Position numbers and translations under genes: made by a program
Assembly (NCBI GenBank): GCA_963707635.1
Contig: OY970173.1
Location: 352,001-416,000 of the forward strand
Direction: 5' to 3'
DNA from: Candidatus Latescibacterota bacterium
GTDB taxonomy: Bacteria > Krumholzibacteriota > Krumholzibacteriia > WVZY01 > JAKEHA01
DNA length: 64,000 bases
In this document: positions 29,148 through 40,501 of the stretch, one piece after another
How positions within the stretch are numbered: position 1 is the first letter of the stretch
Layout: every line of letters starts with the position of its first letter
Notes under the pieces: generated by a model
What the model was told of the DNA's origin: nothing
Databases searched by the model: none
What the model saw: the letters and a program-made list of their open reading frames with translations, nothing else

Positions 29148-30413
29148 TCACGATCGATACATGCGAATATCGTAGGTCGCGCCCAGCTCGCGCGCGAGGA
29201 CTCGGGCCGGTTCGGCGTCGAAGCCCGGCTGCGCGATGAACTCGCACACCGTCCGGATGCCGGACGCCGTGGAGCAGCGCACGAAGTCGCGCATCGATTC
29301 CCAGCCTTCCTTGCCCATCTTCGGAAACGCCAGGCTGTCGTGCTGCTCCGCGGTCACACCGAACCACGGCACCACCATCTCGTCCACCACTCCCGCCAGT
29401 TCTTTGGTAACGTCGCGCCCCGCCGCGTGATTCGCAAGCCCGGGCGTGTGCAACCGCACACGCCACCCCAGTTCCTTCGCGCGGGCAGCCATGGCAACTG
29501 CCCGCTCCATGTTGGAGAGCGGGTCGACCAGTCCGGCGATGACCGCTTCCTCCACCGTGTCGGCGGGGAACGCATCCAAGTCGGCGGGCAGCGCCGAAGC
29601 GGAGTGAATATAGACGGTGTCGTCGATCCTGTAAACCGGCCGGGGCAGAGACTCCGCGGTCAGGCCCATCGCCGCCAGGTAGTTTTCCGTGGTGGCCTGG
29701 TCCACCTCCGCCGGCGACAGCGCCTTCGCGTTCGCGACCGCGCGCAGCACGTGGGCGACAAACGACGGTTCGTTGCGCTTGCCGCGCCACGGATGCGGAG
29801 TCAGATACGGCGAATCGGTCTCCAGCACGATCTTCTCGAGGGGGAGGCTGGCCACCGTCTCGAACAGTCGCGCGTTCTGGTAGGTGATGACCCCGCCGAT
29901 GCCCACGTGGAACCCCAGCTCGAAAATCCGCCGCGCCTCGGCCTCCCCGGCCGAGAAGGCGTGGAAGATGCCTCGGTAGCTTCCGCCCTCCGTCGTCAGC
30001 ACGTCGATGACTTCGTTGAAGGAATCGCGGCAGTGGATGACGATGGGCTTGTTCTCCGCGCGCGCCAGGCGAATCATGCGCCGGAATACCTCGGTTTGTA
30101 CCTCGCGTGGCGCCACGTCGCGATAGAAGTCGAGCCCGATCTCGCCCACCGCGACCACGCGCGGGTGCTGGAGCGCGCCGCGGACCTCGCCCTCGAGCGC
30201 ATCGTCGAGGGCGGCCGCATCATGCGGGTGCACGCCGGCCGCACCGAACATGAACGGAAAGCGCTCGAGCAGCTCGAGCGTGTTACGCAGCGACTCCCGG
30301 TCGTAGCCGATGTTCATGAACGCCGCCACGCCGTCCGAGATCGCGTTGGCCATGACGCTCTCGCGATCGTCGTCGAAGTGCGGAAGATTGAGATGACAGT
30401 GTGAATCGATCAT
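29148..30413 (-). CDS. tatD: TatD-family DNase fused to degenerate TatD-associated radical-SAM-like domain
   Basis: IDSHCHL, GVHPH, VGEIGLD, HCRD, ETDSPYLTP; ~160-aa C-terminal extension. Confidence 0.9.
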   Translation of the reverse strand: MIDSHCHLNLPHFDDDRESVMANAISDGVAAFMNIGYDRESLRNTLELLERFPFMFGAAGVHPHDAAALDDALEGEVRGALQHPRVVAVGEIGLDFYRDVAPREVQTEVFRRMIRLARAENKPIVIHCRDSFNEVIDVLTTEGGSYRGIFHAFSAGEAEARRIFELGFHVGIGGVITYQNARLFETVASLPLEKIVLETDSPYLTPHPWRGKRNEPSFVAHVLRAVANAKALSPAEVDQATTENYLAAMGLTAESLPRPVYRIDDTVYIHSASALPADLDAFPADTVEEAVIAGLVDPLSNMERAVAMAARAKELGWRVRLHTPGLANHAAGRDVTKELAGVVDEMVVPWFGVTAEQHDSLAFPKMGKEGWESMRDFVRCSTASGIRTVCEFIAQPGFDAEPARVLARELGATYDIRMYRS

Positions 30414-30422
30414 AGGTTGTTT

Positions 30423-31972
30423 CTAGGACGCCGGCATTTCGAGCCGGGGGAACAGAACGACCGGCTCGCCGATCCGCGTCCACGCGGGGTCGCCGGCTCG
30501 GCCCGCTTCATCGAGCGACAGCTTGCCGAAGTCCCGGGCGAGCGCCAACTGGGCCCGCATTTCCGCTGCCTTTTCCGGCATGAACGGCTGGCACATGAGC
30601 GAACACGCGCGCAGCACTTCCAGCAAAGCGCGCAGCGTCGCGCCGAGCGCCGCGGTGTCCTTCGCCTTGGCGAGCACCCACGGCTTCTTTTCTTCGACGA
30701 AGCGATTCGCCCCTGTCACCGCGCGCCACATCGCCGCCAGCGCGCGGTCGAACTCGAGCCGGTCCATGTGCCGGTGATAGTCGGCGACCACGCCCTCGAG
30801 CAGCCGCGCGGCGTCGCGCTGCGCCGCCTCGGTCCACGCCGGCACTTCGCCGCCGAAGTAGCGATTCGTCATCGACAGCGTGCGCGAGAACAGGTTGCCC
30901 AGCTCGTTCGCCAGCTCGGCATTGTAGCGCGTTACGAACAGTTCTACGGTGAAATCTCCGTCGCGATCGAAGGCGATCTCGCGCAGCAGCAGGTAGCGCA
31001 GCGCGTCCGCCCCGAAGAATCGGGCCAGGTCCTCCGGATCGACGATGTTGCCGATGGTCTTGCTCATCTTCTCGCCGCGATTGTACACGAAGCCGTGGCC
31101 GAAGATGCTCCTCGGCAGCGGGACCTCGGCGGCCATCAACATCGCCGGCCAGATGAGGCAGTGGAAGCGCGTGATGTCCTTGCCGATCACGTGGACGTCG
31201 CACGGCCAGTACCTGTCGAACTTGCCGTCCCGGCGCCGCGATTGCCGTCGTCCTCGCCGTATCCCAGCGCCGATATATAATTGATAAGGGCATCGAACCA
31301 GACGTACACCACCTGGTCGGCCGCGATCGGGAGCGGCACGCCCCAGGTCCGGCCCGCGCGCGAGACGCTCACGTCGTCCAGGCCCGATTCGATCACGTTC
31401 AAGATTTCGTTTTTCCTGATCTCGGGGCGCACGAAGTCCGGATTGGCGAGAATGTGGGCCTTCAGGCGGTCGGCGAACTTCGAGAGCGCAAAGAAGTAGT
31501 TGGTCTCCTCGATGTAACGCGGCACCGTGTGGTGGCGCGGGCACTTGCCGTCTACCAGGTCCTTGTCGACCTTGAACTCCTCGCACCCGTCGCAGTAGAG
31601 GCCGGCGTACTTCCCCTCGAAGATGAAGCCGCGCTCGTGGATCCGTTTGAAGAGGTGCGCCACCGCGCGCTTGTGCACCGGGTCGGTGGTGCGGATGAAC
31701 TGGTCGTACGAAATGTGGAGCGACTTCCAGGTCCGTTCGAATACCACCGCCATCTCGTCGGTATAGGCCTGCGGATCCTTGCCCAGGGCGCGGGCTTCTC
31801 GTTCGACGTTGGTCGAATGCTCGTCCGTCCCCATCAGGAAGTAGGTGTCGAAGCCGGCGAGCCGTTTGTAGCGCGCCAGGCAGTCGGCGCCGATCTTCTC
31901 GTACGCGGTGCCCAGGTGCGGCCGCGCGTTGACGTAGTCAATGGCGGTCGTGACGTAGTAAGTTTTCTTCAT
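30423..31972 (-). CDS. metG: Methionine--tRNA ligase, short form (frameshift near 31235)
   Basis: YVTTAIDY.N..PHLGTAYE, GTDEH, YVWFDALINY; then in the second frame IGKDITRFH...WPAML, KMSKT, LFPRL. Confidence 0.95.
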
Positions 31973-32055
31973 GGTGGAATCGGGCGCGGAAAAGCCCGTA
32001 GAATGTAGCACCCTGAACGGTTACTCGCAAGCATTTGAAGCGCAGAACAGTCTGT

Positions 32056-32150
32056 GGCGACGCATCAGGGGTCGGAGCGCGAATCGCGAGGCGCGCTTTC
32101 AACCATTGCGCGCGAAGCGCCTGAGCGCGGAGCGCCCCTGATGCGGCGCC
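32056..32150 (+). repeat. Structured intergenic hairpin element, copy 3
   Basis: Outer IR cgcatcagggg/cccctgatgcg around cgc-gag-gcgcgc-tttcaaccatt-gcgcgc-gaa-gcg. Confidence 0.88.
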
Positions 32151-32169
32151 AAGCACATACGGAGAACCC

Positions 32170-32958
32170 ATGCACTGGCTCACCGATCCACAAATCTGGC
32201 TGTCGCTGACGACGCTGACCGCGCTCGAGATCGTCCTCGGCATCGACAACATCATCTTCATCGCCATTCTTTCGGCCAAGCTCCCGGCCCACCAGCAGAA
32301 CCGAGCGCGGCTCACGGGCCTGGCCATCGCGATGGTGACCCGGGTGCTGCTGCTGCTCTCGCTCACCTGGATGATGAAGCTGACCGCGCCGCTGTTCGGC
32401 ATTTTCGGCACCGAAATCTCGGGCCGGGACCTGATCATGATCGCGGGCGGGTTGTTCCTGATCGCCAAGAGCACGCTCGAGATCCATGAAAAGCTGGAAG
32501 GCCATCACGAGGAGCGCAGCGTCGCGAAGGCGCGCGCCGTGTTCGGCATGGTCATTATTCAGATCGTGCTGCTCGACATCGTCTTCTCGCTGGACTCGGT
32601 CATCACCGCCATCGGCATGTCGAACCACCTCGGGGTGATGGTGGCCGCCGTGATCATCGCGGTCGTCTTCATGATGGGGTTCGCAAGATCGATCAGCCAG
32701 TTCGTCGACCGCCACCCGACCATCCGCATGCTCGCGTTGAGCTTCCTGCTCCTGATCGGCGTGTCGCTGGTGGGCGAGGGGCTCGAGTTTCACATCCCGA
32801 AGGGATATATCTACTTCGCGATGGCCTTCTCGGTCCTGGTGGAGATGCTGAATCTGCGGCTGCGCAAGGCGACCGAGCCCGTCTCGCTGCACGGACCCAT
32901 CGAGGACATGAGGAAATCACAATCGGCGGACCGGATGGAGCCCGCCGGCGACGCCTAG
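32170..32958 (+). CDS. TerC family integral membrane protein
   Basis: LEIVLGIDNIIFI, LDIVFSLDSVITAIG, IPKGYIYFAMAFS. Confidence 0.93.
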   Translation: MHWLTDPQIWLSLTTLTALEIVLGIDNIIFIAILSAKLPAHQQNRARLTGLAIAMVTRVLLLLSLTWMMKLTAPLFGIFGTEISGRDLIMIAGGLFLIAKSTLEIHEKLEGHHEERSVAKARAVFGMVIIQIVLLDIVFSLDSVITAIGMSNHLGVMVAAVIIAVVFMMGFARSISQFVDRHPTIRMLALSFLLLIGVSLVGEGLEFHIPKGYIYFAMAFSVLVEMLNLRLRKATEPVSLHGPIEDMRKSQSADRMEPAGDA

Positions 32959-32967
32959 CGCGCGCGA

Positions 32968-33201
32968 CTAGCGCCGGACCGGCGGGATCGGCTCGTCATC
33001 CGTATTCTTGCGGCGCGGGAATTTTGCGACCAGGACACCGGTCAGGAACCCGATCGCGAGCACGATGACGACCAGCAGGAGCTGCGACACCTGGTACGAC
33101 CAGTTCAAGAACTTGAACGTCGTCGGCTGCGCGTTCTGGATCATGATGATGATCACCAGCACCAGAAACACGACCAAGAGCACCTGTTTGACGGCTTTCA
33201 T
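32968..33201 (-). CDS. LapA-domain (DUF1049) small membrane protein
   Basis: TM-IQN-..F.FL.W-TM architecture. Confidence 0.75.
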   Translation of the reverse strand: MKAVKQVLLVVFLVLVIIIMIQNAQPTTFKFLNWSYQVSQLLLVVIVLAIGFLTGVLVAKFPRRKNTDDEPIPPVRR

Positions 33202-33220
33202 CTCAGCCTCCGTGTGAACG

Positions 33221-33904
33221 CTAAAGAATCGTGTCCGGCCCGATGAGCCCGCCGGAGAGGATGCACTGCATGGCTTCCTCGACCGTCCAGCCCGGATCGC
33301 GCACGTCGGATTCCTTGACAAAGTAGACAAAACCGGACGCCGGGTTGGGCGGAGTCGGCACGTACACCTTGACCAGCACTTCCCCGCTTCCCTTCTCCGT
33401 CACGCTTCCGGTGGCGAACCCGACCTGCCACATCCCCCTCGCCGTGTATGGCACCAGCACCGGGCGCCGGAAAATCTGTTTCTCGGGCAGCGAAAGCGTC
33501 CCCGAGAGCTGCTTGCCGAGCCGGTACGCGGTGCCGATGATCGGAATCCGCTCGGTCAGGCGCGCGAAGCCTGCGAGAAGCTGCCGGCCGAAGACGTTGC
33601 TCGCGATCAGCCCGACCAGATAGAGCGTCACCAGCAGGAGGACGATCCCCAGCCCCGGGAATCGGATATGGAACGTCCGGTCGACGAGGACGATCAGGCG
33701 GCGGTCGATGAAATCATAGAGCAGGTAGATCGCAAAGACAGGAATCGCGATCGGAATCAGCGCGATCGTCCCGCGTATAACGAACCTGCGGATGTGGGCG
33801 ACGAGACCGCGTGCACCGCGCGCGAACGTCGGGGTCAGGCTTTCCTTGCGCTTTTCGTCTTTGGTCGCCTTCGACGTCTTGGTTTTCTTTCGTGTCCCGG
33901 GCAT
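33221..33904 (-). CDS. DUF502 family membrane protein
   Basis: RIPIIGTAY, VYVPTPPNPASGF, EEAM..ILSGG. Confidence 0.9.
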   Translation of the reverse strand: MPGTRKKTKTSKATKDEKRKESLTPTFARGARGLVAHIRRFVIRGTIALIPIAIPVFAIYLLYDFIDRRLIVLVDRTFHIRFPGLGIVLLLVTLYLVGLIASNVFGRQLLAGFARLTERIPIIGTAYRLGKQLSGTLSLPEKQIFRRPVLVPYTARGMWQVGFATGSVTEKGSGEVLVKVYVPTPPNPASGFVYFVKESDVRDPGWTVEEAMQCILSGGLIGPDTIL

Positions 33905-33954
33905 CGACCGCGACTCTATCAGAATTGCACCGGAAGTGCTAAGGTCTTATTCCT

Positions 33955-34887
33955 ATGTCGCTTATCTGGCAGTGGGTATTCTTCCACGTCTTCATCGGAC
34001 TCGCGCTGTGGATCGATCTCGGTGTCGTCCACAAGCATCCCGAGCGCGTCACCGCGAAGAAGGCCCTCACATGGAGCGCGGTGTGGGTGTCGCTGGCGCT
34101 GCTCTTCTGCGCCGGGATCTACTACGTCGACGGACAGCACAAGGCAGTTCTGTTTCTGACCGGGTATCTGGTCGAGCAGTCGCTGTCCGTCGACAACCTG
34201 TTCGTCTTCTACGTCATTTTCCAGTACTTCAAGACGCCGAAGAAGTTCGAGCACCGGATTCTGTTCTGGGGAATCATCGCCGCGCTGATCATGCGGCTCG
34301 GGTTCATCCTGGCGGGCGTGGCGCTGCTCGAGCGCTGGCACTGGCTCACCTACCTGCTGGGCGCGTTTCTCGTCTACACCGCGGTGAAACTCGCGGTTTC
34401 CAAAGAGCACGAGGTCCATCCGGAGAAGAACCCACTCTTCCGGTGGCTCAAGCCGTTCATGTCGGGTCACTCGTACGATTCGGGCGCCTTCTTCGTGCGG
34501 CGCGGCAATCGCTGGCTGATCACGCCCGCCATGGTCGTGCTGCTGGTGATCGACTGGACCGACCTCATGTTTGCGCTCGATTCGATCCCGGCCGTCCTCG
34601 GCATCACCACCGACCCGTTCATCGTCTATACCTCGAACGCGATGGCGATCCTGGGGCTGCGCTCGTGGTACTCGGCTCTCGGCAAGCTCATCGTGACCTT
34701 CCACCACTTGAGCCACGGGCTGGCGGTGATCCTCGCCTTCGTCGGCGTCAAGATGATCATCGCGGAGTGGTACACGATCCCGGTCTACTGGGCGTTGGGC
34801 GTCGTCGTGGCGGTGCTCGCCACCACCATCGTTTCGTCGATCTGGTCGAGGAAGAACAGCGAGCGGAAGGCGAGGTCGAGCGGCTAG
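33955..34887 (+). CDS. TerC/Alx family metal homeostasis membrane protein
   Basis: GYLVEQSLSVDNLFVF, DLMFALDSIPAV, VYTSNAMAILGLRS. Confidence 0.93.
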   Translation: MSLIWQWVFFHVFIGLALWIDLGVVHKHPERVTAKKALTWSAVWVSLALLFCAGIYYVDGQHKAVLFLTGYLVEQSLSVDNLFVFYVIFQYFKTPKKFEHRILFWGIIAALIMRLGFILAGVALLERWHWLTYLLGAFLVYTAVKLAVSKEHEVHPEKNPLFRWLKPFMSGHSYDSGAFFVRRGNRWLITPAMVVLLVIDWTDLMFALDSIPAVLGITTDPFIVYTSNAMAILGLRSWYSALGKLIVTFHHLSHGLAVILAFVGVKMIIAEWYTIPVYWALGVVVAVLATTIVSSIWSRKNSERKARSSG

Positions 34888-35990
34888 AGCCGCTTGAGTT
34901 TCAGAAACAGATCCGCGAGCGCGCCGTCGATGTTGGCGTTGGCGTGAAAGACCTGGCCACGGATCTCGCTCACCAGCTCGATCGCCGCCGGGAGCTTCGG
35001 GCGCCCGTAGGCGGCGGCAATGCGCTCGATGTCGCTGCCGACGTCCGCGTTCACCCGCAACGATTCTCCCACCATCGCGTCGCGCAGGATCACCGACATC
35101 TCGTTCAACACGCGCGCGACGGCCTCACGATTCGCCCCGCGCGCGCCGACCAGCGCCTGCCCCAGCGCCCACGCCTCCGACTCCTTGCGCAACCCCGCGA
35201 CAATGGCGAGCGCCGCGTCGCGGTCGGCCAGGTCGGTCGAATCCAGCAGCGCGCGGGCGCGCGTGATGGATCCTTGCGCCATCGCCGCGCTTCGCTTCGC
35301 GGTGGGCGCGTCCGCCTCGTAGTAGCCGGTGAGGATGCGCTCCAGCACCGCGCGCTTGAGCGGAAAGAAGCGCACGCGCTGGCAGCGCGAGCGGATCGTG
35401 TAGAGCAGGCTATCTGGATTCGACGTGACGAAGACGATCGCCACGTGCGCGGGCGGCTCTTCCACCAGCTTCAGCAGCGCGTTCTGCGCTTCTTCGCGCA
35501 TCGCGTGCGCGTCGACGAAAATGAACACATGGTAGCGCGCGTCGAATGGCTTGGTGTTGGCGCGCTGGATCACGGCGCGCGCGCGCGCGATGCGAATCGA
35601 TGTCTTCTTGCTGAACGTGGGCGACGAGAAGATGTCCGCGCGCTTTTCTTCGAGGATCTTTGAGATGTCGGCGATGTCGCCCTCTTCGTCCTCGCCGGAG
35701 CCCTGCGTGGGCGTGGGATAGATCAAATGGATGCCGGGGTGTTCCAGCATCGACGCGTGCAGGCACGAGGGGCATTTCGCCCCATCGAGGCTGCAGGTTT
35801 TCTCCCGCTCGCACTGAAGTGCGCGCGCGAACTCGATCGCGGCGAACTCGGTTCCGCTTCCCTCGGGACCGGTGAACAACAACGGCGGGATGCTCCCGCG
35901 CCGGAGCGAACCCAGGTAGGCGCGCGCCTGCGGCTGCTCGAGGTCGAGGGCCGGGAGGGGTCGGGGTGCGTCGGGAGTGCGGGCGGGCAT
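34884..35990 (-). CDS. holB: DNA polymerase III subunit delta'
   Basis: LLFTGPEGSG, Cys zinc module, EEAQNALLKLVEEPP, TIRSRCQ. Confidence 0.9.
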   Translation of the reverse strand: MPARTPDAPRPLPALDLEQPQARAYLGSLRRGSIPPLLFTGPEGSGTEFAAIEFARALQCEREKTCSLDGAKCPSCLHASMLEHPGIHLIYPTPTQGSGEDEEGDIADISKILEEKRADIFSSPTFSKKTSIRIARARAVIQRANTKPFDARYHVFIFVDAHAMREEAQNALLKLVEEPPAHVAIVFVTSNPDSLLYTIRSRCQRVRFFPLKRAVLERILTGYYEADAPTAKRSAAMAQGSITRARALLDSTDLADRDAALAIVAGLRKESEAWALGQALVGARGANREAVARVLNEMSVILRDAMVGESLRVNADVGSDIERIAAAYGRPKLPAAIELVSEIRGQVFHANANIDGALADLFLKLKRL

Positions 35991-36027
35991 GCAGAGAGTA
36001 TAACGCACGCGGCGGTCGATTGCCGCT

Positions 36028-37201
36028 CTACAGACTCCGCTTCTTCCCCAGCCACCCGGTCGGATCGAGCGCCCGTCGTGCCTTGGCGGACTTCGAAGTG
36101 GCAGACGTAGCCTTCCAGCGATCCCGTGTCGCCGACCTCGGCGATGGCCTGGCCGCGCCCGATTTTCTGTCCCTGCGTCACCATCGTGGAGGCGACGTGC
36201 GCGTAGAGGGTGTAGTACCCGCCGCCGTGATTCAGGATGACGCACTTGCCGAACGCGTCGATCCAGTCGACGAACTCGACCACGCCCGCCGCGACAGCGA
36301 CGATGGGCGCGCCGGCCGTCGCCTGGATATCGAGACCGTTGTTCATGGTGACGGTGCCGTACTTCGGGTGCGTGTGCTTGCCGAAGCCGCGGATCACCTT
36401 GCCGGCTACGGGCCACAAGAGCCGCCCCTTCATCCCGGCGAATTCACCGCTGGGGGGAAGGTCCTTGTCGTTGGCGCCGCCGCGCGCAATGTCGTCGAGA
36501 ATCGCCTGCACGCGCGCCTGGGCTTCCTCCAACTCTTCGATGGCCTGGACGTGCTTGCTCTTTTCGCTTCGAATCTGGGTCAGCGTGGTCTTGCGCCGCT
36601 GCTTCGCATCCTCGAGCCGCTCGTTTTCGGATTCGCGATCGGCGCGAACCTCGGCAATGGTCTGGAGGGCTTCGTTGAGCCGTGACGACTCGGTCTCCAG
36701 CTGCCGCTTGCTCTCGGTCACTTCGCCGATCAGCTTCGCGTCCTGCTCCGCGATGACGCGCATGAACTGGTAGCGCGTGACGGCGTCTTCGACGCTCTTC
36801 GCGCCCAGAACGACCTCCCAGCGATAGCGCGGGTCCTGCTTGTACATGGTGCGGACGCGCCGCGCCAGGGCCTCCTCCTGTTGCGACAGTGTCGCCTCGC
36901 GCCCGCCGATCTGGACCAGGAGCTCGCCGACGCGCCGGTCGACCGCGTTCTCCTGTTCGCCGAGCTTGCGCAGGTACTGCTTCTGCAGTTCGATCTCGCG
37001 GTCGAGGCGCTGGAGGTTCTTGAGCGTTTGCTGTTCCTGCGACGAAAGCTTCTTCGACTCGTCGCGGTGGCTCTGGATCTCGTTACGAATGCGCTCGAGC
37101 TCCCTCTGCTGCTCGGTGATGTCGTCCTGCGCGAGGGCCGCCGTCCCCGCGATGCACGCGAGTGTCAGCGCGAACGAGACGGCGCGGCGAACGGTCGTCA
37201 T
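36028..37201 (-). CDS. envC: Murein hydrolase activator EnvC family (coiled coil + M23 domain); extra base near 36073
   Basis: Signal peptide, coiled coil, KGRLLWPVAG, NNGLDI, TLYAH, HFEVR; the natural end ALDPTGWLGKKRSL* is in a shifted frame; follows ftsEX. Confidence 0.85.
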
Positions 37202-38070
37202 GGCTGGGTCTGGAGGATCTTCCGCAGCGCGACGAAGCTGCCCAGCGAGCCGATCAGCACGCAGATCAGCAGGTACAGGAGCGATTTCTCGGTCGAGAAA
37301 AAGGTGATGTCGGGGATGGCGTTGCTGGTGGCCTCCGTGACGACGCGCAGGAGCACGAGCGAGAGGACGGCGGCGACGCCGCCCTGGAAGGCCCCTTCGA
37401 TCACGAACGGCGCCACGATGTACGGGTCGGTGGCGCCGACCAGCTTCAGGATCTCGATGGTCTTGCGGCGGCTGATGACGGTCAGGCGCACCGCATTGGC
37501 GATGATGAACACCGCGGAGAGAATGACGATGAATCCGACCACGCCGTCGATGTAGTAGATGCCGCGCACGATCGACTGGAACTTGTCGATGAACTCCTTG
37601 CCGTAACGAACCTCCTCGACCCCGCTCATGGCCTGGATGCGCGCGGACAGGGCGACCATTGCGTCGCGGTTCTTGAATTCCGGCTTCGGCTCGACGTGGA
37701 ACGAATTGGGCAGCGGATTGGCGCGCAGCGCGTTGAGCATGTCGGCGCCATCGCCGAGCTGGTCGCGAAAATCCTCGAGCGCCTGATCCTTGGAGACGAA
37801 GTTCACGCTCTGCACTTCGTCCTGCTCGAGGATGGTCTGGTAGAGGCCTTCGATCGCGCCCTGGCCGGTGCGATCCTCGAGGTACACGTAGATCTTCATC
37901 TCCTCCTGCGCCTCCCCGACGACCTTCAGGATGTTGTCGGTGGCGAGGAGAAACACGGCCAGCATCAGGAGCGACAGGCTCATGATGATGATCGAAATCG
38001 ACGTCAGCCCCTTGTGGCGCCGCAGCGTGCGCACGGCTTCGTCGACGATATAGTAGATACGCCGCCACAT
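37198..38070 (-). CDS. ftsX: Cell division permease FtsX
   Basis: SKDQALEDF, NPLPNSF, ANAVRLTVISRRKTIEILKLVGAT, PFVIEG. Confidence 0.93.
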   Translation of the reverse strand: MWRRIYYIVDEAVRTLRRHKGLTSISIIIMSLSLLMLAVFLLATDNILKVVGEAQEEMKIYVYLEDRTGQGAIEGLYQTILEQDEVQSVNFVSKDQALEDFRDQLGDGADMLNALRANPLPNSFHVEPKPEFKNRDAMVALSARIQAMSGVEEVRYGKEFIDKFQSIVRGIYYIDGVVGFIVILSAVFIIANAVRLTVISRRKTIEILKLVGATDPYIVAPFVIEGAFQGGVAAVLSLVLLRVVTEATSNAIPDITFFSTEKSLLYLLICVLIGSLGSFVALRKILQTQP

Positions 38071-38073
38071 CGC

Positions 38074-38889
<816 letters not shown>

Positions 38890-38892
38890 GGC

Positions 38893-40029
38893 CTACCGGG
38901 TTCTGCGCGCACGTTTCGGCGCGCCGGATACGACAAGGGCCTCCGCCAGTTTGTACGCCTCGAGGAGCGAGTCCGGTTCTGCGATGCCCCGGCCGGCGAT
39001 ATCGTAGGCGGTGCCGTGATCGACCGACGTGCGCGGGGTCGGAAGTCCGATGGTCACGTTTACGCCGCGTCGCTGCGCCAGCATCTTGAACGGGATCAGC
39101 CCCTGGTCGTGATACATCGTGATGTACGCGTCACTGTACGGCGCGCGCTTTGGCGCGCGACGGGTGGTTCTCGCCAGCCGCGCGCCTCTTTCCACGCGGG
39201 TCCTGCCGGGCAAACGCTCCGGCGCGTTCGCCGCCGCGGGCGCGGACTGGAACATGGCATCGGCCGGGTACGGACCGCTCACGTCGATTCCTTCCGAACG
39301 CAGCCGCTCGATCACGGGGCGGATCACATCGCGGTCTTCGGTGCCGATGACGCCGTCCTCGCCCGCGTGCGGGTTGAGCCCCGCGACCGCGATGCGCGGG
39401 CGTGCGATCCGAAACGTCGAGCGAAGCGCGTCGTGGGTGACCCGAATACAGATTGTCAGCCGGTCCGCGGTCAGGTACCCGGCCACGCGCGCGAGGGGCA
39501 CGTGGCGCGTGAAGGGAATCACCCGCAAGTCGCGTCGCGCCATCATCATCTGGCAGTCGGGCGCATTCAAGTAATGGGCCAACATCTCGGTGTGCCCGGG
39601 GAAGTCGAAGTGCGCCAGATTCAATGACTTCTTGGACGCGGGCGGGGTCACGATCGCGGCCACTGCACGAATTCTGGCCAGCTCGCACGCCCACCGGATC
39701 GAGGTGCCCGCGTGGAGCCCGCCGCCCGCGCTGTCCTGCCCGATCGGGTACTCCGCATCAACGCCCGTATCCATCAGAAGCAGAGCCGGGCGGGCGCTCC
39801 CACGCCTGCGCGAGTGTCGAACCGCCTCGCGCGCCTCGTCAATTGAATTGACCACGGGCGGAGTGAACCGAAAACGGCGCCGCCACCGTAGAAACAGATC
39901 GGGCGCGCCGACCACCAGCGCGATCGAACGTTCCGGCCGGTGGCGCCCGAACAACCTCGCGACGATTTCGGGGCCGATCCCCCCGGGCTCGCCGGAGGTC
40001 ACCGCGATGAAAGGCAGCGAGGTGCGCAA
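38893..40029 (-). CDS. pdxA: 4-hydroxythreonine-4-phosphate dehydrogenase PdxA (start uncertain)
   Basis: TSGEPGGIGPE, FPGHTE, GLNPHAGE, MYHDQGLIP, RTSVDHGTAYDIAG. Confidence 0.92.
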   Translation of the reverse strand: MRTSLPFIAVTSGEPGGIGPEIVARLFGRHRPERSIALVVGAPDLFLRWRRRFRFTPPVVNSIDEAREAVRHSRRRGSARPALLLMDTGVDAEYPIGQDSAGGGLHAGTSIRWACELARIRAVAAIVTPPASKKSLNLAHFDFPGHTEMLAHYLNAPDCQMMMARRDLRVIPFTRHVPLARVAGYLTADRLTICIRVTHDALRSTFRIARPRIAVAGLNPHAGEDGVIGTEDRDVIRPVIERLRSEGIDVSGPYPADAMFQSAPAAANAPERLPGRTRVERGARLARTTRRAPKRAPYSDAYITMYHDQGLIPFKMLAQRRGVNVTIGLPTPRTSVDHGTAYDIAGRGIAEPDSLLEAYKLAEALVVSGAPKRARRTR

Positions 40030-40057
40030 GAGCGACGAGCCCGTGGTTGCGGCGAGC

Positions 40058-40501
40058 CTACGGGGCGGCCTGATACGTGAAGCTGGCCCCGCCGATTTTG
40101 GCGCCCGTGTCGTCCAGGACGTCGACACTCCAGCTCCCGGTCGCGTTCCCGGCCAGCGTCTTGGTCGAGTGGCACCGCCAGCGCGCGGCGCCGACCGAAA
40201 TCGGCACCTCGGCGACGGTCTGGCCGTCGTGGATCCAACGGTGTGTCACCGTTCTGCCTTCCATTCCGGCGATCTCGGTGAAGAAATAGACCTTCTCGGC
40301 CGGGGTGGTAAGGGTCCTGAACTCGTCGATCGGCTCGCGCCCGGCGAACCCGCTGCAGAAGACGGCCCGCCTTACATTGTCGGTCGGCACGCTGACCGCC
40401 GGAGCGGCCGCGGTCGAGTCGGTCGGCGCCTGGGCCGCTGCCGTGGCGGCAATCGCCAGGACCGCGCTCACCAGGATTACGATTCGCTTCATGACATTCA
40501 A
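40058..40501 (-). CDS. DUF2914 domain secreted protein
   Basis: Signal peptide; VYFFTE, VTHRW, ARWRCHSTK, GSWSVDV. Confidence 0.8.
   Translation of the reverse strand: MNVMKRIVILVSAVLAIAATAAAQAPTDSTAAAPAVSVPTDNVRRAVFCSGFAGREPIDEFRTLTTPAEKVYFFTEIAGMEGRTVTHRWIHDGQTVAEVPISVGAARWRCHSTKTLAGNATGSWSVDVLDDTGAKIGGASFTYQAAP

Noticed and set aside
35723..38068. 781-aa ORF spanning ftsX-envC-holB
   Set aside because: Off-frame extension over ftsX plus read-through caused by the indel near 36073; the real envC is 36028-37201.
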